Of a stretch of 64,000 nucleotides of DNA, positions 25,361 to 39,009 are shown piece after piece. Under the pieces are notes generated by a model, which saw nothing but the letters and a program-made list of their open reading frames with translations, was not told the origin of the DNA and did no database searches. Source of the stretch: Euglena gracilis. Taxonomy: Eukaryota. Made by a program: the position numbers and the translations under genes. The stretch lies in contig CP154954.1 in assembly GCA_039621445.1 (NCBI GenBank), positions 24,440,954 to 24,504,953 on the forward strand, written 5' to 3'. Position 1 is the stretch's first letter, and every line of letters starts with the position of its first letter.

Positions 25361-28300
25361 CTTCGGACCAAGAGTTGGGGTCCCCCACTAGAACCCAAAA
25401 AAGCGCCGGAGAAGATGAAATTTTTGGTGTCTGTTTTGGCTGATTTATTTCAAAAAAAAAAGTCTGCAAAACCACGATTTTGGGGCATTTTTTTTTCAAG
25501 GAAAAAATAATTTCCGTTGCTTTGCACCAGATTCTTCTTTTGCACAGGAGAAGTGGGGTCTGGATTCCCCCCCTCCCCGCTCATTTGATACCCCGCCCAA
25601 AGGTGTCAGCGACTGACCGGCTATCTCATTGGGACGTCGCCCACTTGGGAGTGGTCAGCGCCGGCCTGCCCCATCCCAGCCTTCCCACCGCAACGCTCCC
25701 GGGCTGCCCCCAACCGCCACGCGCCGCCTCCGCCTCAAACCTGTGTGGTCTGGATCTGAGCGCGCCTCCACCGCCGGTCAGCTCCCTGGCCCGCGAGGCG
25801 GCCCCCGACCCCTCGTTGAGGGTGACTCCGCTTGCCGCCTCCTGGCCCAGCACCCCCAGTCACAAAGCCCAACCATTGTGGTCAGCCTGTTTGAGCATCG
25901 AAGAGGTTGGGCTGGAGATCGGGGCACCCCCAACCAAGCTTCTTCACAAGGAAGACCGCACTCTTGCCAGCTTCTTTTTTTGACTTGGAAGACCCTCAGG
26001 GGGTGGGAGTGGGGTGGGAGCCTGCCCCTCCCAGAGGAGGGGGCCCTGTTCAGGGGGCTTGGGTGGAAAAATTCTGATGCAAGGCGGTGTAAATTTGTGA
26101 ACTCCGTATTCAAAAGGTGGGAATGGCCGAAATTGATGTGAAATTGTTTAAAGTTTTTTTAATCCTGAGACCAGAAGTTAATTTTGAGGGCATTTTGGCT
26201 GATGTTTTTTTTTTTCGTGTTCTTCCTTGGTTGGGTGGATGGAGGTCCCCCGGGGTCAAAAGCATGCTTTTTTGGGCACGCATGGGGGCAGCTCTTTTAA
26301 CCCTCCCCAGAATGTCGGGCCAGATATCCAAGCCCTTGCATCACTTATCTCAAGCACGCATTCATTGAACAGTTTAACCTCGAATGAACCCCTCTCCCGA
26401 GGTTGTTCAAGAGTTGGGGAGGCAGGCCGTGTCAAGGCGCAATCCGGCCAGGTCTTTATTGTGTTATTCAAATGCTTGTTCAATTTTGTGGGTGGGTGGG
26501 TGGGTGGGTGGGTGGGGCGAGTGGGCCCACCACCCCCGACTGGGAGGACGGGGAACCTCTTACTTGTAACCCTTCTTCAAGTCGACAAACCAGAGGTGAT
26601 ACCTCTTCATACCCCAACCCTGGTGATGCAAAATGAAAGGTTAGTGGCATAAAACCTAAACTGGTTTTCGCATTTCTTTTTCTGCCGAAATTTGTGAAGG
26701 CTGAAATTTTTTTGCCGCAGGTTTTTAACGTGTGATTCAATATTTGATTTAAATTAGATTTGTGATTTGATTTAAAATTATTGTGTTCACACACTGACAT
26801 AAACCCAGTCCCAGCTTATACCACTCCTCGCAGCAGCGGTTGCTGCCCCCCACACGACGTCCTGTCTGTGGTCGGGGGCAGGGGCCCTGCACCCGCATAT
26901 GGGTGACCTGCTCGTCCCTCGTATTCATTCAGTAATGCCCCATGCTGTGGTGTGTCCTCACATGGCCAACTTCCAGTGAGCTGGAGATGGTCGACCGAGG
27001 ACTGTATGGGGGCAAACACATTTAACCGCTTTTTTTTGTGTTTTTTTTTATTTTGACAAGATTTGTTTCTTGCTCGTTTGTGTGTGTGTTTTTCTGGTGG
27101 TTTTTTATTTTTTTGTGAGGTTTTTTCGACTCAGATAAAATTCACATTTTGGGCCTAATTTTTCCGTGAGACCAACCACCGTGAGACCAACCACCAACCA
27201 GTTTCTTTTTTTTATTTTAAAAAAAAGTGCATTTTTTCAGAATCAGCATATTCCCAAAACCTATTCAAAATACACAACAAAATATTTTGGCACATCATGT
27301 ATATTCAACCATATGCATAATGTTGCATATGGTTGCAAATTTTTCCTGGAGAAGGCTGACAATCTTCTCTGCAGCAGAGAACCGGGAGCTCCTGGAGGAA
27401 GTTGCATGGAAACTCGCGTTTTTTTTTTTGCGTTTTTCAGGGTCCATTTTGTGTTTTCCCTCCCCGGCGTTCCTTGGGCAGTCTTTACTCGGTGTGGGGT
27501 CAATGGAACCACTGGATGGGCCATGTGTCGCGTGTGTGACAGCGCACATGAGCACCAGCCCAAGGGAAATTGATTCCCAATGATTCCAAGGAAGGCGCGT
27601 GTGCAGTGCAAAACTGTGTCGTGAACGGCTGGCTGGCTTGCCAATCCATGGTGGCGCAAAGGGAGAGCGTGGCACAGGGAAGGGAGGGGTGGGCGTCCAA
27701 AACAACGTGTGTGCACAATCCGCCAGGCTATTGCCTAAGGGTTTTCAGCACCCCCCCCCCCAGGGGGGAGATGGAATGCCGCTAGTAGCTCATAGCAGCC
27801 GCAAGAATGCCCCCCCTCCCGGGTCATTTCTTGCGAATGGGAGGAGGGTGAGCTTGGTTGTCCGCTCCTGCCGGCGCCGGGTGATCCACATTGGGGGAGG
27901 GCTGCGTCGTGTGGGCTGGGGGATCGGGTTTCGGCTCGGGGATGGGCAGGCGGGGGGCTGCGCAGACGCTGCTGCTGGCGCCCCTGCTGTCCTCCACAGG
28001 GGTGGGGGGCATTGGTTTGGGACCTTGGGACCACACCACGCTCCCCTCCTCCCTGACCGATGCCCCCATCCAACTGCTCCGTATGGCTCCGAAGACGCTC
28101 TACTCCATCCGCCGACACGAGTCACTTCAGCTGGCCCATCTCACCACATTGATCACCTTCTCCCTCCACCCCCCCCCCCATAAGCACCTCACAGCAACGG
28201 TTCCTGCCTAATGATAATCCCAGCTGCGCCACGCTCCAGCTCTGCCGCGGTCGGCGTTCATTTGGAGTGTGCTGCGTCTGTTGCCGTTGCTGCTTTTTGT

Positions 28301-28827
28301 GAGTGGGAGGGGGAGCTCACTCTGGTTTGACCATAAATTCACACAAATTCACAGAGATTACTTAAAAAATGTGTTGTTTCCCCCAATACAACGTTAAATT
28401 CTGTGAATAGCCACATGTTGCATCCCTGAAATCTTATGCGGCACAATGCTTGTTGTTTTAATTTTTTCACTGGTAGGATACAAAAATATATATAAAAATA
28501 AAAAGTATTTATCTACTAATTGCTCATATCTCTTTATGATTTAACTGGAGTGGTACGGTGGGTTTTTTTTAGTGCTAAATCAGCACACGATCCCAAATGG
28601 CATTGTTGTTTTTGTCAGTGGCATCCACCCTATACCAACCTCCTCGATGCAACGACCAGGCCCTTTTTTTTTTCAAAGTGCCTGGTGATCAGAGTCAACA
28701 GATGAAATATCCACCTCTTCTTTTGAGCCATTGCATTATTGTTTAAAATGGGCATGGCTTTGTTTGACTGAAGCATTCGAAGTCCTCAGGAGCTTGAATG
28801 AGGCCTGTGATAATTGTATCTGCCGGA

Positions 28828-29946
28828 CAGGCACCTATGCCGACCGCAGCCGACCGCAGCCGACCGCAGCCGACCGCGCAAATTTTTTCTAATTGATGTC
28901 AATTTTTCAGTGAGAACGAAAAATTAGGCTCATTTTTATCCCAGATGTTGAGATTTTTCTGGCTCATCTGGCTCATGTTGCCACTTTTGGCCACTTTTGG
29001 CCATTTTTGGCCATTTTTGGTCGCTTTTGTCCCCTTTTGGCCCATTTGCCACCACAATTCACCCATTTTGACCTATTTTGACCATTTTTGGCCACTTTTT
29101 GACCACTTCTTGTAATTTTGGGCCATTTTGTCCTGCTCTTGGGCCATTTTGGGCCATTTAGGGCCATTTTTGACCATTTAAAGCCACTTTCGACCTTTTC
29201 TTTTGTTATTTTTGCCCATTTTTTGGTCTCTTTTTGGTCCAATTTGACCATTTTGAGCATTTTGCGCCAGTTTGTTGCCAAAAGTGAACAAAAGCTGCTA
29301 AAGTGACCCAAATCGGCCAAAAGCAGGGTCATTTTGGGCCATATTTGGAATTTTTTTTGTTGTTTTTGCCTGCTTTCGGAACTTTTGGCCATTTTAACCA
29401 TGTTTTGCCACTTTTAGGCCATTTTTAGGTCACGTTTGACTGCTCTTGATGTCAAAAGCAAGACGTTTAAAGTGGCCTGAAAGTGGCCAGAAGTGGGTAA
29501 AAATGGCCAAAAGCAGAGAAAAGTGGTCAAAAGTGGGTTAAAGAGGCCAAAAGTGGTCAAAAGAGGTCAAAGCATAGCAAAAGCTGGCCAAAAGCAGCCA
29601 AAACACAGCAAAAAGTGGGCAAAAGCAACAAAAGTGACCAAAAGAAAGCAAAAGGCAGGAAATAATGGGCAAAGGCAGCAAAAATCGACCAAAATTAGGC
29701 AACATTGGCCAAAAGCAGTTCAAAAGCATCAAAAACTGGCCAAAAGCAGCGAAAAGTGGCCAAAATTCGGCAACTGTGGATTGTGTGATTGTGATATATG
29801 CTCATTTTTTGTTGGCCTGCCCCCCACCTACAGCCAACTATTTTGCCGACCGCAGCCGACCGCAGCCGACCGCAGCCAACCGCAGCCGACCGCGGCCGAC
29901 TGCAGCCGACCGCGGGCTAAAATTTGGAATCTGTCATAGGTGCTTG
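28828..29946. mobile_element. hAT-like element with (CCGACCGCAG)n arrays
   Basis: TIR CAGGCACCTATG / CATAGGTGCTTG. Perfect 8-bp TSD CTGCCGGA. Interrupts a copy of the 11810 repeat. Confidence 0.9.
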
Positions 29947-30403
29947 CTGCCGGAGAAAGCAGGTCAAGCACGTTGTGTAATATTTCTCTCCTCTCAGCAA
30001 TATTTCCCCTCCACCCCCAGGCTTCCTGTTCTGCTGGCACACTCACAGGGTTGTATGATGCAAACCTGCCCATTTGACTCATTACCCCCGAAGACAGTAA
30101 CATGGCGGAAGTTGTTCCAGAATGATTATAATTCAATTTAACAAATTGCAAATGCATTACCCACGTCGTGGATTCTCAACGACCCCTAGGTCTGACAAAA
30201 GACAATGCAGTCATTCACAGTGAAGAACAGGCTTAAATGTATGTTTTGCTGACAAACTCTGAGGCTTTGCTGCAAAGCACCTCTGTCTGTAAGGAGGTGC
30301 AGACTGTGGCACCTCCTTGTGAACTTCAGGAATAACAGCAATAGCTGAAAATCCAAATCTAGTCTTTCCCATTGGCACTTGTACCCCCTCAGGTGTGTTT
30401 TGC

Positions 30404-30620
30404 CCCCGCCGGGCGCTTGGCCCCCCTCCTCCTTTCATTCAAACCTGGCCTACAGTTGGCCTTCGGTCTTAACTTGCAATGCTGGCCCCCCATTTTTGAA
30501 GGTTTTTGGCCTATGTTGCATTTGTCTTGCCGAAATTCTTCACATGCAAATTTGGCCCCCATAAGCTTGACCCCCTTGCCTTGCCTTCAATCATAGCCCG
30601 GGCCAAGCGCCAAGGGGAGG
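30404..30620. mobile_element. MITE family (copies ~32883-33070 and ~43134-43290)
   Basis: Inverted ends GGCGCTTGGCCC / GGGCCAAGCGCC. Shared internal AGTTGGCCTT and ACATGCAAATTTGGCCCCC. Confidence 0.7.
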
Positions 30621-33600
30621 TATGCCAAGGAAGAACCCACCTCTGCTGCTCTCTCATCTATGCTGTTTTTTTTTTCTTATTTTTTTGCAATACCCCCCCT
30701 GCGCAAAGGTCGAGTGTAAAGCATCTTCGTCCCTTGCCTGTGCCATTGCATGTTCCTTCTGGTTTGTTAATGCCTGTGGTTCCCTTAGTCCAAAAACACT
30801 CTTTATAGGAAATTTCTTAACCTAATACTCTCATTTTTTCATTCATGGGAATTTTCAAACGCCTTAAATAATAATGTTTGTTTGTGCATCTGTCAGGTCC
30901 CACGACACCCCAAAAGAAACGTGCAAGGCAGTTTGTGCAGGATGCTGTCATCATTAGCGCACAATATGTCTTTTGGTTCCACTTTGGAAAATTTCTGAAG
31001 AAGTTGCTTTATTTCAGACCAATGGATGAATGGATTGATGACTCATACATGATCTTTTGCCGGATGTAGCACGTCAGAAGACGTCCAACCCCCGACAATG
31101 GTTCAACGGTTGTAGGGTGTGGCCAGTCGACGAATTGTTCTTCCGTCCCCTTCGACTCCACTTATCCCTGAGAGCCGCTTTGTGAATGGCCTTGCCAACA
31201 AACTTCCTTCTCCATCTGATACGTGAGTCTGATTTGGACGTTTGCACTATCCACAAACCCAGTGGTAGGACCGCCAAATTGCTTGATCAGGGATCCCATG
31301 GGCCAAACGTTAATCCCAGGAAGTGCATTGGGTGGCGGTGCCCCCATCCTTCCGGCAATGACCCTGAAGTGAACTTCCGGAAGTGACCCAAAGTGCATGG
31401 GTTTCGGGCCAAAAACATAGGGCCGGGGGGGGGGGTCGAAAAACGTTCATTTTCTTCATTTTGGCTCAAAAACCGTTTTTCTGGGTCCGGGAGACTCAAA
31501 AATTGCCTGTATTATTGTTATTGTATTTCGGGCAAAATATTTTTCTCGTTTTTTTTTCTTCTAATTTGTGGGTGGGGGTCCGATCCCCACTCTTTCTTCT
31601 TTTTCCTGTGGCGGTTTTTTAGGTGAAGCTTTTCCTTCCGCCCCTTCAGTGCAGAAGGAATTTTAGTTTGCGCGGTGCCAAGGGGTGGTCTGGCCATTGT
31701 CCACTTCCTGGGTGGGGAGTTGACCCCGCCAGGCCTTCCCGTACCGTCCTGGAGGAGGCACAATTCGCCTGCCTTCTTTCTGATTGATTGCCATCCACCT
31801 ATTTTTTGGGCAGGGAAATCACAATGGTGTTAAATGAATTTTGGAGCAAACTTTGGGGGGAAAAGCACCGGAATCGTTATGTTATTCATTTTTCTAAGTT
31901 TTATTGGGCATCCCCATCACGGCCGAGCTTTAATTTGTGCTGGTTCCTTTTTAAGGAAGTGCGCACCCTCCCCCGGGGGGTGGGTGTTATGGGCAGGCAG
32001 GGGGGGGTGCCCGCTATGGTCAGGCCTCCCATAGCACAAGGCACCCCCAGGGTTGGTAAAAACACCCCCAAACACCCCAGGGGTTGCACTACTTGATCTG
32101 GAGTTCCGAGGCCAAGGACAGCGGTGGGTTGAAGTGTGCCACTCAAAAAGGACAGAATGCAAGAAAATTGCGGGAATGCACAAGAGGTCTGCAACCACAG
32201 CGATATCGACAGCCTCCCCCAACATGCTGGGTGCACGGCATGAAAAGAATTTTTTGGATTTGAGCCTAAATCTTGAGAATGTCAGGTCCGTGTGAAAATC
32301 CTAACCTTAACGCCACCTACATGATACTCCAAAGTAGCCTCCCCATTTCCACAGTTTTTTCACAGGGGGGGGGTAATTGATACGGGTGGGAGGTAATTTG
32401 TCCTTTCAAAGAAATATTATTGAAAAATATTTCACAACAAACTCTCCACAAATTCCAAGGTCTAGAAAAATTTGTCCGCCACATTTCTTTGTCATCTCTT
32501 TTTACAAATTCCCACATGCATGAAAAATCCAGTGCGTATAATTAATACAGTGCGTACTGTTGCAATCTTCCCTCCCTCTGATGATTGTCTCCTCCCAATT
32601 ATTTCCAGCTCATATTCAGAATCATCATCCTCAAAATTTTGTGCAAGTCAGCTGTCTCAAAAACTCCTTTCTCTGTGGGGACCCTACACCCAAGGGCGTC
32701 CATCCAGCCAGCTCCTTTTTTTTCCCAGCCAGCCTTCAGCTCCCAGCCTGACTGCGGAGGCCCCCCCCAGAATCCGCTGAAATAAAATTTGAAGCTCAGC
32801 ACAAGGCTGGGCCGAAAATTTTGAAAGAGGTGTCAAAAATAACCAGAAATGAGTATTTGAGTACTTGGGGGATTTGTAAATTCCCCCCCCCCCCCGCAGG
32901 CGCTTGGCCCCCGTTTTATGCAAACTTGCCCCCCCCCCCCCCTAAAGTTGGCCTTCGGCCTTATTGTACATGGCTGCCAAAATTCTTGACATGCAAAACT
33001 TGGCCCCCATAAGGTTGGCCCCCTGGCCCTACCTTCAGTCATGGCCCGGCCAAGCGCCCGGGGGGGGGGGACCAACCTGGTCCAACTGGCAGTCGGCCGT
33101 ACTCCCCCCCCCAAACCCCCAACCCTCAGGGTCCAAACAACACCATTTTCCAGCCGGCTGGCTGGACCAGGGGGTATTATTTTTTAGATGTAATTTTTCA
33201 GAATTTTCAAACTGCTTTTTTAACCTTTTAACGGCGTCGTTTTTCAAGGGAAGTCCAAGGGTCATCCCACCATCGAACGGGGTCCAAAATCAAAGAAGTC
33301 TCCGTTTTTTTTTCGAGTTTGGGTGGATAGATAATGTTCCAGTGATGCCAGAAATCATTTTCCCCCCGGAATTGGCTTGTTTTTGCCGAGATTCAGCGAC
33401 TACATTTTCGACTCGAATTTCAAAAACTTCGCAAGAAGAATTACTTCAGGGGTTTTTTTGAACGGGTTTCACAGCATTTTGGCCCGAAATTTTAAAGCAT
33501 TTTTTTTTTAAAATGCTTTAAAAATTTAAGGGTTTTAAGGGTTTTAAACCGCCCTAAAAAATACCGTCTGGGCCGGACCCCTCCCACCACGTGGTACGCA

Positions 33601-35222
33601 AGATTTCCCCTGTTTCGGGTCCCAGCCCGAATGATTGATCCAGAAAGGGGCGTTTGAAAGTTGGGTTTCTTTTTGAGCGTAGCTGCCCCATGACCCTCTG
33701 GTGCTCCATGGACCATTGGATCCACATCGCACTCACAAGCCAAATGCCGGCGCATGACCAGCGTACCTTCCCCTCCCCACGTGATGCCCACCAGCTTAGA
33801 CGACCCCCGCAGCTTTTTATATTCCGAATTTTTTTTTTACCTCATCCTTCCCGGAGGAGTAACGGATATGCCGACACCTCGTGTTCCACCCGATAGGTAT
33901 TCCCTATTTGTTCGCCCTCAGGGCGTTGTTTAAGAATGTTTGACACCCTGACCCCATCTTCTGGGGGGAGGGGCGCTCCAGCCAGCCGGCTGGAAATTAG
34001 CCTTGGACCCTCCACCCTCCCATCGACAGGTATTATTTCTCTTCGGGCGGCTGGCGGGAACGGTTTCTTTTTAGTTTTCGAAGAATTTTACGAGATAGAC
34101 GCATTTTTGTGGCTTCAAATGTTTTGGCACCGTTCCCCCCCCCCATTCGGCCCAGTTCCAGCCGGGGGACCCCATGGAGGGGGTCCGCCAACACCCAGCA
34201 CCCAGCCAGTCCAAACTTTCCAGGCTCTGAGTTGGACCCACGGGAATTGCTAAGCGACCCTCTGGTCGGCTGGTATTTTGGTGGAGGGGTTTTTTCAAGT
34301 CTCATCTTTGATCGTTTTGAGTTTTTTGGGGGACTGGATATCTAAACACCATTCATAAAGCTGACAAAAAACGGTGTGTGGGGCAAAGGTGTGTGGGGCA
34401 AAGGTGTGTGTGCAAAGGTGGTGGCAATGTGGTGCAGGGAAGGACGTGGTGGTTGGTGGTCCATAATTTCACAGAATTGACTGTGGATTCGGAGGATAAA
34501 ATGGAATGAGATTGAGCGGGCAGGCCCAAGGTAGTGGTGGGGAATGGGGTTGGCAAGTATTTTTTTCTGGTGGTGAAAGCTTGAGTGAGACAGAATGGAC
34601 GGTAAGAGTGAGAGGACGCTTCCACATTTGGCGGGAAGCGGCACAGGAAGCGGCCGGATTCGCATTTAAGCTTTTTTTGCTTTTCAGCTTTTCGTGTTGG
34701 TTTGTGCATGTGCACAAATTAATGAAATTTTTCATTTGGGTTGTGTGGATCCAGGGGGGTTTGAAAACACGGTGACAAGAGAGTCAACAAATGAGCAAAA
34801 CTGTGCTTTTGGCGGTGTGACCCCTGGGACTTTGGCGAAAAATGGTGTTTTTTGTGGGGTCCGGAAATGGGCTCTGTCGAAACCCCCGAAAAAAAAGAAA
34901 CAGGCACAGGAACGCCGGGTGTCCTCAAACTGCCGGCGGTGTGTGTCGTGAGTGTTTGCCAGACTGTTTCGCTTGTGCCGCGTCATTGTGGTGTATGTTG
35001 TTTGTTTGGCAAAAGCGCGCGCAGGAAGTGCCGGGGTGTGTGGGTGTGGTGTGGCCAAGCCGGTGGGCAGGGCGTAGGGAAAGGAAGGTAAGCGTGTGGT
35101 GTTTGGCAAATGATGCAAAGGGGGAAGCAAGAGGGTCCACAGGAATGAAAGGGATGGGTGTCTTCCACCCAATTTATGACCGGGATCCGCACAACCAGTT
35201 TTGTTGCACAGAACCGGAAGAA

Positions 35223-37090
35223 GAAGCCCAACCCTTGAAGGACAAAATTGTTTTCATGGGGGCACAAACATAATTTTGTAAGTGCGCGCATTTGCGCCCA
35301 TAAACACAGTTTTGTTCTTCAAGGGTTGGGCTTTAGCGTCCATGAACTGACACCGTCGATAAACAGCGCGACAAAGGGACCGTGATGGCGTGGACCAGCG
35401 GGCTGTCCAGAAACATAATTTGGTGGATTTGTCACAACGTTTTTCGACGGCGTCGGTTCGCAGGCGCTGAAGCTCGCACAGACAAAAATGTGTTTATGGG
35501 CGCAAATGCGCGCACAAACAAATTATGTTCATGAATTCTGATTAGTCCATGAACGTACAAAATACACAACCGTCAAACGCCGGCAAATCGCTCGTGGTTC
35601 ATGTGCGCTAAAGTGTGCATCAAGTTGTTCATGGGCTCCAAGGCGCAAATCAACTGCCTACAGAAATTCCAGAATTTCAAAACGGTTCATTTGCGCCTTA
35701 GCGCCATAAACAACGTGACGTGTTTTAGCGTAATTGAACCACCAATGGAGGAATAAAACGACGAAATCATTTGGCCCTGCAACAAACACCGTTCACAAGC
35801 TTCTGAAGGGGTTCAACCCCAACGGCCACACCGTCTCCTCCAACGCTTGGTATTATGGGGCCAATTCTGGTCTAGTGACAGGTCCCACGAAAAATAGAGA
35901 CAGCGTATCTCCTGAAGGTGGGTGCGCAACCACCCGATAACTGTGGACGTCCGCCGGCACCGATTTTAGGATCCCAAAGGCCCTGCCGCTGGCCGGCTGC
36001 TTGGGCTCCGCTGCTGCAGTTACATTACCTGCTGATGCTTCAGCACCCGCCAGGCTGGCTGGCTGGCTGGCTGGCAGGCTGGCACCGACCTCCCCGGTGC
36101 AACAGCACCCACCGAAGCGACCGCGGTATTCCCCGCAACAGGGGCATGAGACTGGCGGGACGATGTGGTGCGAGCTCATGGCAACCGGCAGCCGGAGAGA
36201 AAGCCAGTTCTTGAAAGCCGGTTATTTTGGACGTAGGATGTGTTGAACCTTTACCACTCGATTGGTTGCATGAAAGTGGTGGGACTTATCCCCCACAAAT
36301 ATGTGCAAAAACTGGTGCGTTGCATGTTTTCCCAGGGAAACACAGTGGAGAATACCAGAAAACAGATTCCGGCCTGATGCATCCCGGGTATTTCACGTCC
36401 CAAATGTTGAAATCTTGTAACGCAGCACTGTTGCAGAAAAAGCGTCCAACAGTCACAGGTCGTTTGCACGTCATCAATTCATTACGCTTAACTGCCCAAC
36501 CGATGCAGCAAATGTTCGCCTGTCAGATACCGCGTTCTATGTGCATTACGCAGTACCTCTGTACGTATTGTGCACTATCTCTCACCAGAAATTTCATCGC
36601 CACGCCATCGCGGCGCACAACCAATGGTGGGCGCACGCAACTGCGTTCACCAGCCGTCACAGACGAGGAGATGGTATCGCACAACTAATATGTGTTCGTG
36701 CACACATTTGCGCGCACAAAGAAATTTTGTTTGTGTGCGCTTAGGCTCGCACAGATGCATCATTTTGAAGTAAATGATTAAATGTTAGTAGGCGCATTTG
36801 CGCGCTTTGTTCGTACGCGCAAATGAGCACACCAACGCGTATCACGTTCAAAAACCTCGTTGTGGTGATCCTCAGTGTCCTTTAGCATGAACATGTTGTG
36901 TGTCTGCGCCAATGCACAGACCATCCGCATATCAGTTTCCCAAGTGGTTGGTGCACGCATTTGCGCACACAAGCAAAATTTGTTTGTGGGCGCTTCAGCG
37001 CGCAAGGACATGCCACTTTAATTTCAACGTTTGGCGTTGTGCTCGCGCAAATGCGCCCACAAACAAAATTTGTTTGTGCGCGCCATCAGT
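35223..37090. repeat. Element with terminal clusters of TGTTTGTG-GCGCATTTGCGC-CACAAACA palindromes
   Basis: About nine palindrome copies at 35270-35525 and 36690-37085. Core homologous to 55600-56630. Confidence 0.7.
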
Positions 37091-39009
37091 TGCATGACGG
37101 CTGGCCAACGCAGTATGTAGTGTGTGATGTAATATTGCTACTTGTGCCCTGGCCAGTTGAGGCACCGCGTCAGCACCAGTACCAATTGTAATAACGGCGG
37201 GTGTGTACTTCCCACCAGTTTGGCATACAAGAGCACCAGTCTCACCCTCGGCCCTCCTCGCCTCACTCGGTAAGCAGCATGCATGCAAGACAACCTGGAG
37301 TGTTACACCCCTTCAATAACAGGGTTTGCAACAGTTCATAATTTTTTTTTCCATGTGTCAGGGTTCAGGGTCCCAGGGATTTCGTAAAATAGAAAATTTG
37401 CCATTCTAAAGAAGAAACCCTTCTTCAGACCGAACCCGGCCGCTTAAGATGGATGCAAGCTTCCACATTTGCACTTTTGGAAGCGAGGGGGAGAAAAATT
37501 GAAAACTTGCATTTTTTGCATAATTTTTTTTGCATAGTGAAAAGAAAGTTTTTCTCTGCCATTTTTTGAAGAAAAAATTGAAGAAATTTTCGGGAGGTTG
37601 CATGGGGAAATTTGTCTTTTTGGGGCACTGCCTCCAAGCATCTCGTTTTCTGCCTTCCCCCCCCCTTTTTTTAGTTTTTTTAATTTAGATTTTTAAAAAA
37701 GACTGAGCTTTGCGTAGATACGAACTTTAGAAACTAAGCTTTGTTGAAAAGTGCTTTTGTGACCCCCAGCCACGGCCACGGATTGTTCTATGTCAGATCG
37801 GCTAACCCAATATCCTCCACCATAGGAACCCCTCTTCCAACGATCGATTCTGGCTTTTGTCATGTGTTGGCGCTTGCTGGTGGCTTCATAATTTTGTGAC
37901 CAACAGCGAGGTTTCGAGACTCTTATTTCATGCCGTTTGATGAGGATGGTACAGAAAATGTTGGTTCCGGTTGGAAGCCCCCCTCCCCCGGAGCCACTCT
38001 CGCCATTACATTAGCCTGACCCCGGTACTCGGGAGCACGGCCATGTCCCAGTTCTGGGTCAAAGAGGTCAGAGCACCCTCCTCCAACCGATGGAACCCCT
38101 GGAATGCCTGGAATGCAATGGAACTTGTCATGCACCTCAGGTTTTGGCGCTTGGAGTGTTTATAGTGGTCAGGGTTTCATTTGAAGGCAGGCGTCATTTC
38201 ACCCACTGCTACATCAACCTAGGGTTGCTTTTCCATCTGTGTGCGAAGCGGGCCACGGGCGACGGCGACTTTGTGCGTGCCCCTGCGCGGCGTTGGACCG
38301 GGAGGGAGGGACTTCACCCCACCTCGCCGCTGTCATCGCCAGCCTCCCTCCCCTGCGCTGCTCTCCGCCGTTCGTGCCCAACCCTGCGGCTCGCTGCCTG
38401 GGTCGGTGGTGGGGTGGTGCTGGTCAATAACCTCCAGCGACAAATCCCAACAAATCCCAACAAATCCCAACAACAGCACCAAAATTTTTTTCCAACGAGA
38501 TGAAATTGCTCAAAGAGGATGGTTTTACTGGTCATTGGTTTACACAACCTGTGTTTTTTTTTTGCTATCCTTGTTTTTGCTGACGCCTTTTCAGGGGCGT
38601 TTTGAAAATGTGAGCTTAATGTTTTTGGGTGGGGGTTGAAGAAGCTCAACGCCAAGGCCAATGGCCGGAGAGCATTGCTGGAATATGCGAAAAAATAAAC
38701 ATATTTTGGCAACAGAATACCCACACCATTGGTCTTAATCATGGTTTTAGGTTTGACCAAAGTCGACAATTTTTCTTCTGTTTATTGTATACCCCCTTGT
38801 ACTTGGCACTGTGCCCCCCGTGTCAACTGCATTTTCCCCGTATTTTTTTGGGTCAAGGACTAGGGGGTGGGGTCAGAAAGAAGCTTGGCAAAGTCGACTC
38901 GATGGAATCACTTTAGAACTGCTTGAAATCCTCCAATTGTTTTGGGGCTTTGTTGCACCTTCGCTGTTCTCTGGCCCAACGTTCGTCTTCCGAACATGGG
39001 GGGGGGGAG

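Noticed and set aside
28973-29939. Lys/Trp-rich ORFs (KWPK repeats), also 629-1048 and 41415-42104
   Set aside because: Products of decameric low-complexity DNA.
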